64,000 bases of DNA from Acidobacteriota bacterium (lineage in GTDB: Bacteria; Acidobacteriota; UBA6911; RPQK01; JAJDTT01). Below, piece after piece: positions 29,406 to 38,563 of the stretch. Location of the stretch: contig OZ242374.1 in NCBI GenBank assembly GCA_965209055.1, forward strand, positions 3,584,001-3,648,000. Reading direction: 5' to 3'. The notes beneath the pieces were generated by a model. The model was given only the letters and a program-made list of their open reading frames with translations. It made no database searches and was not told the DNA's origin. Positions within the stretch are counted from its first letter, which is position 1. Every line of letters starts with the position of its first letter. The position numbers were made by a program, and so were the translations under genes.

Positions 29406-30572
29406 ATGACCACAGGCATCGACTGGAATCCGAGTCTGGCCGAACTCCCGTTCTCTCCCATTCGCAAGTACTTCAACACCGCGGCCGCCATGGAGGACGT
29501 GGTTCATCTCTCCATCGGCCAGCCCGATTTTCCCACTCCCTCCCACATTGTCGAGGCGCACGTCCAAGCGCTCCGGGAGGGCAAGACACGATATGAATTG
29601 GACGCCGGCCTGCCCCGGCTCCGGGAGGCCGTTGCCGGCTGGTACAACCTCCGTTACGGCATCGAGCTCGGACCCGACAACGTCCTCATCACCACCGGCT
29701 GTTGCCAAGCCATGTTCATGGCTCTCACCGCCGCTGTCAAACCGGGCATGGAGGTGATCGTAGTGGAGCCGGTCTTCATCCTGGTCCACATCATTCGCAT
29801 GGCCGGAGCCATCCCCCGGCCCCTGGTCACCACGGCCGGCGAAGGGTACCAGTTGGATCCGCAGGCGGTGATCGACGCCATCAACGAGCGCACCTGCGCC
29901 ATAATGATCAATTCTCCGGGGAACCCGACGGGGGCCATCTATCCGGCGGAGACGATCCGGGCCATCAGCGAGGCTGCGGCCGAGCGGGGGCTGGCCCTGA
30001 TCAGCGACGAGGTCTACGAGTGCCTCATTCTCGATGACGTGGAGTACGCCAGCGCCTTGACCTGCTCCCCGGCGCTGGATCATGTGATCGTGGCCAGCAG
30101 CGTGTCCAAGACCTACTCCATGGCCGGGCTGCGCCTGGGATGGGCCATCTCCAGCGCCCGGAACATCGTAGACCTTCAGCGTTACCACATGTTCATCAGC
30201 ACCACCGAGAACACGGCTTCCCAGTGGGCCGTGGTGGCGGCTCTGGAAGGGGACCAGGGTTGCGTCGACGAAATGGTCCGGCAATACCGGAGGCGCCGGG
30301 ACCGGATCGTGGAACTGGTGGATCAGACGCCGGCGCTCACCGGCTACACGCCGGGAGGCGCGTTCTTCATCATGCCCTTTCTTCCCGACGGGGCCGATGG
30401 CTTCGAAGTGGCCATGCAGATGCTCCGGGAAGCTCGGGTCTGCACCATCCCGGGGGGCGCATTCGGCCAGTCCTGCAACAACGCCCTGCGCATCAGCTTC
30501 GCCACTTCCATGGACCAGATCGAGAAGGCATTCGAAAGGATGATTCCATGGCTCGAGAAACAATCATTCTGA
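29406..30572 (+). CDS. Class I/II PLP aminotransferase
   Basis: IGQPDF, NSPGNPTG, ISDEVY, SVSKTYSMAGLRLG. Confidence 0.93.
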   Translation: MTTGIDWNPSLAELPFSPIRKYFNTAAAMEDVVHLSIGQPDFPTPSHIVEAHVQALREGKTRYELDAGLPRLREAVAGWYNLRYGIELGPDNVLITTGCCQAMFMALTAAVKPGMEVIVVEPVFILVHIIRMAGAIPRPLVTTAGEGYQLDPQAVIDAINERTCAIMINSPGNPTGAIYPAETIRAISEAAAERGLALISDEVYECLILDDVEYASALTCSPALDHVIVASSVSKTYSMAGLRLGWAISSARNIVDLQRYHMFISTTENTASQWAVVAALEGDQGCVDEMVRQYRRRRDRIVELVDQTPALTGYTPGGAFFIMPFLPDGADGFEVAMQMLREARVCTIPGGAFGQSCNNALRISFATSMDQIEKAFERMIPWLEKQSF

Positions 30573-31543
30573 CCCGCAAGGATATCGGTTCCCGAATCGA
30601 CATCAAGGCCGCCATCCCCGCCATCGAGCACGCCATGGGCGAGTTCGAGCGGGGCAATGACTTCCTTCCCCCCAAGGCCATCTATCCGTTGTCGATTCCC
30701 GGCACCAGCGGCGGGATGGCGGCCTGCATCACCGGCTATACCCAGGCCGCCGACCTGCTTTCCATGAAAGTGGGACAGGAGCGCGCCGACAACCTGGAGT
30801 GGGGCCTGCCCACCACCAACAGCTGGATCGCCGCTTTCGAGCCCCGGACGGGCGAGCTCCTGATGATCTGCGACGGCACGCTGCCCACCATGTACCGCAC
30901 CGGCGCGGCCGCGGCGGTGAGCGCGAAGCATTTGAGCCGGCCCGATTCGGCGGCGCTGGCCGTGATCGGCGCCGGCCAGTTGGGACGCCAGTGTCTGCGG
31001 GCGGTGAGCTCGGTTCGGCCCTTCAGCCGGATCTACCTCCACGATCTGCGCCGGGAGGCGGCCGAGCAGGTGAGCCGCGACCTGGCCGGAGAGGCGCCGG
31101 CGCCGATTCAGGTGGCGGAGGCCGAGGAGGCCTGCCGCGAGGCAGACGTCATCGTGACCGCGACCACCAGCCGCCGGCCCATCGTCCGGTCCCATTGGGT
31201 GCGTCCCGGGACCCACCTCTGCTGCATGGGATCGGATCTGGCCGAGAAGATCGAGTGCGAAATGGAATTGATGCCCCGTTGCCGGCTGTTCGCCGACTTC
31301 GTCGAGCATGCCCTGCTTCGGGGAGAGGCAAGTCAGGCGGTGGAGGCCGGAATTCTGGGACAGGACTGTTATGCCGGCTCGCTGGGCCAGGTCATCAACG
31401 GCGACGTCGCGGGCCGGACCGGCCGGGACCAGATCACCCTCTATGACGGAGTGGGCATCGGCATCCAGGACACGACCATCGCCAGGACCATTTTTCAGCA
31501 GGCTCGCGACCAGGACCTGGGCGTCCACGTGGCCTTTTCCTGA
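30548..31543 (+). CDS. Ornithine cyclodeaminase / mu-crystallin family (imine reductase, alanine-dehydrogenase-like)
   Basis: MYRTGAAAAV, VIGAGQLG, DVIVTAT, MGSD, GVGIGIQD. Start ATG 30548 overlaps the upstream gene. Confidence 0.9.
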   Translation: MARETIILTRKDIGSRIDIKAAIPAIEHAMGEFERGNDFLPPKAIYPLSIPGTSGGMAACITGYTQAADLLSMKVGQERADNLEWGLPTTNSWIAAFEPRTGELLMICDGTLPTMYRTGAAAAVSAKHLSRPDSAALAVIGAGQLGRQCLRAVSSVRPFSRIYLHDLRREAAEQVSRDLAGEAPAPIQVAEAEEACREADVIVTATTSRRPIVRSHWVRPGTHLCCMGSDLAEKIECEMELMPRCRLFADFVEHALLRGEASQAVEAGILGQDCYAGSLGQVINGDVAGRTGRDQITLYDGVGIGIQDTTIARTIFQQARDQDLGVHVAFS

Positions 31544-31589
31544 GGCTGTGGACACAGGATCCGCGCGGGGGCACGAACAGGAGGTGCAA

Positions 31590-32969
31590 ATGAAAAGCAG
31601 AAATTGGTCGCGCCGTTTCTTTCTGGGAGCCTTGGCCGCCCTCGCAGGCGCCCGGCTGACGGGCCGGGCGGCCCCGGCGCCGCTGCCGAAAACGACTCGA
31701 GACGATCAGTTGGCTCTACTGGGGGGAACTCCGGTTCGGTCGCAGCCCTTCGCCTCGTGGCCGACCCTCGAGGACGGTGACCGGGAGATCTGGAAGGAGG
31801 TGCTGGAAACGCGGCGTTGGAACCGCCGGCGCGGCAGCTACGTCGACCGTTTCGAGGCGGAATGGAGGAATCGCCTGGGCGCCAGGTACGTGGTGGCCAC
31901 CTCCGGCGGGACCAGCGCCCTCTACACCTCGTTGGTAGCCTTGGGTGTGGGCCCCGGAGACGAGGTCGTCGTGCCCCCCTACACCTTCGTCGCCACCATC
32001 AACGTGGTCTTGCTCTGCCACGCACTCCCCATCTTCGCGGACACGGACCGGGCGACGTCCCAGATGGATGCCTCTCGAATCGAGGCCGCGGTCAGCGGCC
32101 GGACCCGGGCGGTGATCCCGGTGCATCTGGGTGGGAACGTTTGTGACATGGACCGGATCCTGGAGGTCACGCGGCGCCGGGGGCTGAGGGTAGTCGAGGA
32201 CGCCTGCCAGGCCCACCTGGCGGAGTGGAGGGGACGGAAAGTGGGAACCCTGGGGGATCTGGGCTGTTTCAGCTTTCAGGCGTCCAAGAATCTCAATTGC
32301 GGAGAAGGTGGAGCGATTTCCGGTGACGACCCTGATCTGATGGCCACCTGCACCAGCTTCCAGGACGCCGGGCGGGGCTACCAGGCGACCGCCGAAGGAC
32401 GCCTGGAGCGAGCGGCCGCACCGCTGAACCACGTGCGAAGCGGCGACAACCGGCGCATGACCGAATTTCAGGGGGCGCTGCTGCTGGGCCAATTGCAGCG
32501 CCTCGATGCCCAGACCCGGCGCCGAAGAGAAAACGCCGCCTACCTGACTCGGATGTTCGACGAGATTCCCGGAATCGAACCTCCTGGGGAATACGAGGGA
32601 TGCACCGGCAATGCCTATCACTTGTACATGTTCCGCTACCGGCCCGAAGCCTTCGCAGGAGTTTCGCGGGAACGTTTCCTGGAAGCGCTTCAGGCGGAAG
32701 GGGTTCGCTGTTCCCCCGGCTACCGTCCGCTGAACCGGGAGCCGTTCCTGGAGCAGGCGCTCCGATCCCGGCACTATCGAAGAATCTATCCGGAAAAGGT
32801 GCTCAAGGAGTGGCCCGAGCGGAACCATTGTCCCGAGAACGACCGGCTCTGCGAAGAGGCCGTCTGGTTGGGACAATCGGTCTTTCTGGGTTCGCGTTCC
32901 GACATGGAAGAAATCGCGGCGGCGGTCCGCAAGGTCAGCCGGCTGGCGTCGACCCTGGTCGAGTCGTGA
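31590..32969 (+). CDS. DegT/DnrJ/EryC1/StrS aminotransferase with Tat-like leader
   Basis: SRRFFLG leader, SGGTSAL, PYTFVAT, VEDACQAH, SFQASKNLNCGEGG. GGAGG RBS. Confidence 0.92.
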   Translation: MKSRNWSRRFFLGALAALAGARLTGRAAPAPLPKTTRDDQLALLGGTPVRSQPFASWPTLEDGDREIWKEVLETRRWNRRRGSYVDRFEAEWRNRLGARYVVATSGGTSALYTSLVALGVGPGDEVVVPPYTFVATINVVLLCHALPIFADTDRATSQMDASRIEAAVSGRTRAVIPVHLGGNVCDMDRILEVTRRRGLRVVEDACQAHLAEWRGRKVGTLGDLGCFSFQASKNLNCGEGGAISGDDPDLMATCTSFQDAGRGYQATAEGRLERAAAPLNHVRSGDNRRMTEFQGALLLGQLQRLDAQTRRRRENAAYLTRMFDEIPGIEPPGEYEGCTGNAYHLYMFRYRPEAFAGVSRERFLEALQAEGVRCSPGYRPLNREPFLEQALRSRHYRRIYPEKVLKEWPERNHCPENDRLCEEAVWLGQSVFLGSRSDMEEIAAAVRKVSRLASTLVES

Positions 32970-33147
32970 CCTGCACGGGGATCGTGACCGAAACTGCGGC
33001 AACGGTGGGTGGAAGGCTGTACATCCAGGAGAGGCTCAAGTAGACTCTGCGCTTGAACTCCCTGAAAGGTGCCCGCGAGCCCCTGTTGCCTGATTTGCTA
33101 ACGATGGAAATCGGCCGGCTGCCGCGCCCCATGATTAGGAAGCGCTC

Positions 33148-34671
33148 ATGAACATTCTTCTGTACAACCCCGACAACCAGGTGACGAAGAACTACATGCC
33201 GCATTTGTGGATGTTTGTTCTGCAGGCGGTGACGCCGCCGGGGCACCGGGTGTTTCTGATCGACGGAAACGCACAGCCCATGACCCGGGCGGACATCATC
33301 CAGTTCGTCAAGGACAATGACATCCAGTTGGCCGGCATCGGCGCCATGACCCGGATGGCCGCCCGCGCCTACCAGATGGCCGACGCCATCCGTTCGGCCG
33401 GGGCCAAAGTGGTGATGGGAGGACCCCATGTAACGGAGGTTCCCGACGAGCCCATCGGCCGGAGTGGCGAACCCCGGCATGCCGATGCCGTGGCGCTGGG
33501 TGAAGCGGATGATATCTGGCCCAAGATCGTGGCCGATGCGGAAGCGGGTCAGCTCAAGGAGGTCTACGAACCTGTCGACGAGACGGGCAAGGAAGTCAAG
33601 CCCTCTCTGGACAACTACCCCAGAATTCCGTGGGAGACGCTGGACCTGCGCCAGTTTGACCTCATGGCCAAGATCCCCAACTGGGGCCGCTACCTGCTGA
33701 GGAAAGCGGGAAACACCTGGAAGGGCCTCTACATCGTCCCCGTCGAGTCCGGCAGGGGTTGTCCTTACGGATGCGATTTCTGCACCGTCACCGGGTTCTT
33801 CGGCGATTCCATTCGCTTCCGAAGCGATCAGAGCGTCGTTGACGAGATGCTGCGGCTCAAGGCCCGGGCCCGAAAGGAGAACAGCAGAGTCGGCGTTTTC
33901 TTCATCGACGACAACTTCGCCCTCAATAAACGTCGGACCAAATCGCTGCTTCGGGAAATCATTGCCCAGGATGCCGTGATTCCCTGGGTGGCTCAGATCA
34001 GCGTGAACCTGCTGAAAGACGAAGAGCTGGTGGACCTGATCCAGGAGAGCGGCGGCCGGTGGATCTTCATGGGTCTCGAGTCCATCGACACTGAGAACCT
34101 CAAGGACGTGAACAAGGGCTTCAACAAGCCTGCGCAATACGCCGAGGTTCTGGATCGCCTCGCCAAGCGCGGCATCTACTCCATCACCTCCTTCATCTTC
34201 GGAATGGACGGCGATCGCCCGGGGGTTGCCCGGAAGACTCTGGATGTCATCGACAGTTGGCCTCCGGGGCTGCCCGTATTCGGTCTGCTGACGCCCTATC
34301 CTGCGACTCCGTTGTACGATCGCCTGCTGGCGCAGGATCGGCTGACCCGTCCCAAGCACTGGCTGGATTTCAGGCCATTCCGCATGGCCTTCACTCCCAA
34401 CAACATCAGCATCAAGGCGGCCGAAGCCGAGGTTCACGAAGCCTGGACCCGGTCCTACTCACCCCAGACCACGGCCATGGCGCTGAAGAAGATCGAGGGG
34501 CGTCCCTTCCACGAACGAACTTTGATGTTCTTTACGCGGCTGGCGTTCCGGGGCATCTACTTCCCCCAGATGAAGAAGCGGCATTGGATCCTGTTGCTCT
34601 GGCAGAACCGGTCCAGCTTTATGCGCATTCTGTCCGAGGGCATTCAAGAACTTCGCCGTTCGAGAGCCTGA
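33148..34671 (+). CDS. B12-binding-domain radical SAM protein
   Basis: N-terminal cobalamin-type domain (VVMGGPHVT, GEAD), RGCPYGCDFC, FFIDDNF, GLES, TPYPATPLY. Confidence 0.92.
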   Translation: MNILLYNPDNQVTKNYMPHLWMFVLQAVTPPGHRVFLIDGNAQPMTRADIIQFVKDNDIQLAGIGAMTRMAARAYQMADAIRSAGAKVVMGGPHVTEVPDEPIGRSGEPRHADAVALGEADDIWPKIVADAEAGQLKEVYEPVDETGKEVKPSLDNYPRIPWETLDLRQFDLMAKIPNWGRYLLRKAGNTWKGLYIVPVESGRGCPYGCDFCTVTGFFGDSIRFRSDQSVVDEMLRLKARARKENSRVGVFFIDDNFALNKRRTKSLLREIIAQDAVIPWVAQISVNLLKDEELVDLIQESGGRWIFMGLESIDTENLKDVNKGFNKPAQYAEVLDRLAKRGIYSITSFIFGMDGDRPGVARKTLDVIDSWPPGLPVFGLLTPYPATPLYDRLLAQDRLTRPKHWLDFRPFRMAFTPNNISIKAAEAEVHEAWTRSYSPQTTAMALKKIEGRPFHERTLMFFTRLAFRGIYFPQMKKRHWILLLWQNRSSFMRILSEGIQELRRSRA

Positions 34672-34845
34672 CCGCATCGCAGCGCCTCCTCCTGACGGGT
34701 GGCGGCGTTTCCGGGTCCCATGGCGCTCCTCGTTGACGAGCGACTGCCAACACCCATCCCCGGCACAAGGCCGCAGCAAAGGCCGTTCAGAAACGCAGAC
34801 TTGCAGAGGCTGTCTATCATTCCCTCCTTCGGGGTTTTTCCATGT

Positions 34846-34878
34846 GTCGTCGGGAGCGCCGGCCGACGACGTTTTTTT
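34846..34878 (+). terminator. Putative intrinsic terminator
   Basis: GTCGTCGG...CCGACGAC stem followed by GT7. Confidence 0.65.
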
Positions 34879-34999
34879 CGGAGGATAAGGGTACAATAGC
34901 GCCGTCCGAGTGAGAGTTGGCTGATCGACCGCTGTGGCGCCCCTCCAGAAGATCCGGTCGCCGGTACGGGGTAATCATTTTAACTATCGCCTGGGAGTC

Positions 35000-37534
35000 A
35001 TGAGCAACATGAAAACGGGGAATTCCGTCTCCGCACAATCCAATGTCACTATTGTTTCCGTAGATCTGGGCCGCTGGACCAAAACCGAGATTCCGTCCGC
35101 CCTGGTGCAGGCCGTCAGAGCGGAAGTGGACGCCTTGGGCCTCCAGGCGGGACTCCGCGGGTCCTGGGTACGGGGCTTCGGCGGGGACCTTCACATCCAT
35201 CTCTCCAGCCTGAACGGAGATTTCGCCGGCGGGAATGCGGTTGATGTCTCGGCCCGGATCGGACTGCGAGGTGGACTGAAGGGCCTGGAACACGCGTTGG
35301 CGGCCGGTCTGGCCGGACCCGAAGCGACGGAGGTCTTCTCTCTGGCCCCGGACGCCCAGCGGGAGGCTCTGGGCATCCGACTCCTGAATTTTCCCTATAC
35401 CGAGCGGGGTGCCGAACCCATCTTCTTGGCCAAGGCTCTGGACGGCGCATGGGGCTTCTTCAACCGGTCTCTCTTCAACCTCTTCTTCAACCCTGACAAG
35501 GGCTCCGGACGGAGGATCGAAGCCAACGACTATCTCGGAGTGGTCGAGTCCATCGAAGATCTGGCTGCGGGGCGGGACCGGATCCGGACCTACGAGTTCG
35601 GACCCGGTCAACTGAACGAGCTGGTGGCTCTCATCGCCGACGCCGAGCAGTGGCGTCTGAGCCAGGTCTATGCGGTCCGGGGCCGGTTCGCGGAGGGCGC
35701 GCTGCGGGATGAGCCGGCCGCTGTGGTGGGAGGGAGCTTCAATCCCATCCTGATTGGACGTTCCCAGTCGGGGCTGCCTGCCATCGGTGAATTCACGCAG
35801 GCGGCCGGCGAGTTTCATTTCGGTCCGGGTGGACACGGCGGGGAGTACCGGGTCGGGCTGGTGCCGGTGGACTTTCCCGGAAGCCGGGCCCTCCGTTCCG
35901 GGGAGGGAGCGGCCCGGATCGTGGCCTACGCCTACCAGTCGTTCGATCGGGGCCGCATCCCTTCCGACACCGACGTCGTGGACGTTTTCGATCAGAATCG
36001 GCCCGAAACCCGCTGCCTGCAGAGAGACGCGGCCGACCTGATCCGGCACATGGCCGGGCAAGGCCAGTTCGAACCGTATCTGAATCCCCAGGCATCGGAA
36101 TCCAGGGCTGCGGATCTGGCCGCACGACTCTCGGGACGGCTCGAGGACATTCCCGATGAGGATCCACTGATCGCAGGCGCCAACCAGCGGGCGCGTTTCA
36201 CCATCTCCGACATCAAGGCCGACGGCGGAGGCAAAGTGGGCCACACGACGCCGCCGAACCATTTCCGGTTCGTCGCCAAGGCGAGCCTCCAGGAAGCGAC
36301 GGAGCTGGGTCTCATCTCCTCGACCTCCGAGGTCATCGAGGTGGGCGACGACGAACACCTGCTCATGACCCATTCCCGCGGCGCCGACGACAACGCGGTT
36401 CACCTTTTCGCCTATCGAACCTTCTTTCGCCAGGTCTGGGTTGCCGGCACCCTGGGCTACAAGTGGTACGGTCTGGGCCAGGATCTCGTGGGAGACGCCT
36501 CTGCCGGCCGGGCCACGGAGGAGTTGGCTCACCTGACCGACCGGTTTCTGGAGTTGTTGGCCGATCACCTGCCCGATGCCGAGCGGTCTCAACTGGGCGT
36601 TCTCGAGAAGGCGTACGGGGACTGGAAAGCGGGGTTGGTGGAGGCCGGCGAGCCCGAACCGGTCTTTTCCGGCAACGTCTCGGGGCAGGGGCCCGGTTTC
36701 GCGGAACTGCCCCTCAACCGGACGCAGCGGGTGGGTCTCCTTTCCATCGACAAGGCGGGACCGTCGGCCTTCAACCTCCCCGTCTGGTGGGGTCTGAACC
36801 ACGCACGGACCAGCGGATCGCTGCAACGGCATCTCGAGTCCATTGGTGGCTCCGGAGCCGTGCTGGAGGTCTGGGACGTGGAGCACCATCGCCGGATCTT
36901 CCTGGACCTGGAAACCGAGTCGGGGCATTGTCAGACGCTGCTGGGCGCCGTGGAGAAGTTCAACGTCAAGCGCGTCTGGAGCCGGAACGGGGCGTTCGAT
37001 CCGGCGCATCCGCACCAATGCCTGGACGAGGTCCTGCTGTCGGCCTCCACCGAGAAACTGGCCGTCATTTCGGGCGGCGAGTACCTGGGCAAGGACGACC
37101 CGGTGCTGCTGTCGGTGGAGCCGCTGGCGGAGGGGCTCAACCTCTTCATGCGGGATCACTTCTACATGACTCAGGGAGACGGGCGGGGGTCCCACTACAT
37201 GTTTCCGACGCCCCTTTCTTTCCGGGACGCCATCGCCACCATCTCCAGCCGGGGAGTCGCCGTCTCCGCCTGGATCCAATTGGATGAATCGGGTCGCATG
37301 ACCGAGTTCCGGGACATGTTCGCGGATCCCTCCTACGAGGCGGCTCGAGAACGCGCCTATCGGGTGAACAAGGCCATTTGGGACGCGCACGGCGGCAACT
37401 TCATTCCGGTGGGGGTCGGGGCCTCCAAGGTGGAGAGTTCGTATCCCTTGGCGAAGACTCTGGCCCGCATCACGCGGCCCGATTCGGAATTTGCATCCAG
37501 CCGGGGCCAGGACCTCGTCCTGGTTCGGTCCTGA
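35000..37534 (+). CDS. fbp: Tandem-duplicated class V fructose-1,6-bisphosphate aldolase/phosphatase (two FBPase_3-type domains)
   Basis: C-half: ISDIKADGGG..GH, GDD..LLMTH, YGLGQDL, FSGNVSGQGPG, DKAGPSAFNLP, YLGKDDP, RGSH. N-half: degenerate homolog with VDLGRW, GGDLHI, RSQSGLPAIGE, GQFEPY. Confidence 0.85.
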   Translation: MSNMKTGNSVSAQSNVTIVSVDLGRWTKTEIPSALVQAVRAEVDALGLQAGLRGSWVRGFGGDLHIHLSSLNGDFAGGNAVDVSARIGLRGGLKGLEHALAAGLAGPEATEVFSLAPDAQREALGIRLLNFPYTERGAEPIFLAKALDGAWGFFNRSLFNLFFNPDKGSGRRIEANDYLGVVESIEDLAAGRDRIRTYEFGPGQLNELVALIADAEQWRLSQVYAVRGRFAEGALRDEPAAVVGGSFNPILIGRSQSGLPAIGEFTQAAGEFHFGPGGHGGEYRVGLVPVDFPGSRALRSGEGAARIVAYAYQSFDRGRIPSDTDVVDVFDQNRPETRCLQRDAADLIRHMAGQGQFEPYLNPQASESRAADLAARLSGRLEDIPDEDPLIAGANQRARFTISDIKADGGGKVGHTTPPNHFRFVAKASLQEATELGLISSTSEVIEVGDDEHLLMTHSRGADDNAVHLFAYRTFFRQVWVAGTLGYKWYGLGQDLVGDASAGRATEELAHLTDRFLELLADHLPDAERSQLGVLEKAYGDWKAGLVEAGEPEPVFSGNVSGQGPGFAELPLNRTQRVGLLSIDKAGPSAFNLPVWWGLNHARTSGSLQRHLESIGGSGAVLEVWDVEHHRRIFLDLETESGHCQTLLGAVEKFNVKRVWSRNGAFDPAHPHQCLDEVLLSASTEKLAVISGGEYLGKDDPVLLSVEPLAEGLNLFMRDHFYMTQGDGRGSHYMFPTPLSFRDAIATISSRGVAVSAWIQLDESGRMTEFRDMFADPSYEAARERAYRVNKAIWDAHGGNFIPVGVGASKVESSYPLAKTLARITRPDSEFASSRGQDLVLVRS

Positions 37535-37730
37535 ATCCGCGGGACGGGAATCATGGTCCACGGACAAGAGCAGTCGCGAGGATCATTGGGCGCTGAATCG
37601 CGCCCAACGGCGTTATGCTCCGTTCACATTCTGCCGGATGACGACGGGCGGGCACGAGACTGTTCCTCCCTCGTGAGGGCCGGCGCATCATTCCTCCGGC
37701 CGGCACGCCGGACCTGCGGCACGGACTCCC

Positions 37731-38048
37731 ATGTCTCCTGACTTCATCCGGGCGGGAGGCATTTCGGTGAATCTGGAGCAGTGTACGGCCCGGGCCGGAC
37801 GCCGCGTGCTCCGACTGACGCTCACCGAGTACAATCTTCTGGTCTGCCTGTTGCGAAATCCGGGACGGGTCCTGAGCCGCCGTCAGTTGCTGGATGCGGC
37901 ATGGGGAGAAAACTACCAGGGTGGCGAGCGGACCGTGGATACCCACATTGGACGGCTCCGGAAGAAGCTGGGCAAAGCGGGGCAACGGATCCAGACCCTG
38001 CGTGGAATGGGCTACAAGCTGGATGCGGTCCGGCGGCGATCGGTTTGA
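37731..38048 (+). CDS. Stand-alone OmpR/PhoB-type winged-helix DNA-binding domain protein
   Basis: LTLTEYNLL, GRVLSRRQLLDAAWG, RTVDTHIGRLRKKL, IQTLRGMGYKL. In-frame stop upstream at 37674 and no receiver domain. Confidence 0.8.
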   Translation: MSPDFIRAGGISVNLEQCTARAGRRVLRLTLTEYNLLVCLLRNPGRVLSRRQLLDAAWGENYQGGERTVDTHIGRLRKKLGKAGQRIQTLRGMGYKLDAVRRRSV

Positions 38049-38563
38049 TCTGCCTTCCTCGGTTCTTGACGGTTTGCGTGTCGCAAGTTTGTTCGCCACC
38101 GTGTTCTTCGCAGTGGGGTCCTGGTTTCGGATCGTAAAGCGCCTGGGCGTCTCCCATCCGGATGGCGAACCCGTACAAGCCGGACTCTGATGCCGGCCGG
38201 TGCCGGATCGTCCCGGTACTGGCGACTCCGTCTCGTACGGCGGTTTACAGATTCGATTCCAAGGTTCTTCCGATCTGGGAAAATACATTGAATTATTGAA
38301 TAAACATCATTGTGAAAAGTATAAGAACTAGGGGAGAGGAATGGATAAGATACTGAAAATAAAGAACCTGCTAGGTCAGATTCGGCTGAATCGAAGTCAC
38401 TCGCGATTTCGGGTGGATGCCACCGCTCGGAAGTCCCGCTTTGGCCCAGTCCGAATTCGTGGCGGGTCGATTTCGAAAACGGTCCTGGATGATCGGGGCT
38501 GAGGACGGCCGAAGAAGGACCGGCGGCGATGGAGTTGACCTGCGCGCCCACGAGCCAGAGAAT

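Noticed and set aside
34817-37567. 916-aa antisense ORF (and similar long antisense ORFs at 3696-5819, 17308-19077, 21056-22801, 32935-34437)
   Set aside because: Shadow ORFs typical of high-GC codon bias opposite well-supported genes, with no recognisable motifs.
38270-38370. AT-rich patch as replication origin
   Set aside because: No DnaA-box cluster (TTATCCACA-like) seen and no dnaA/dnaN/gidA context.
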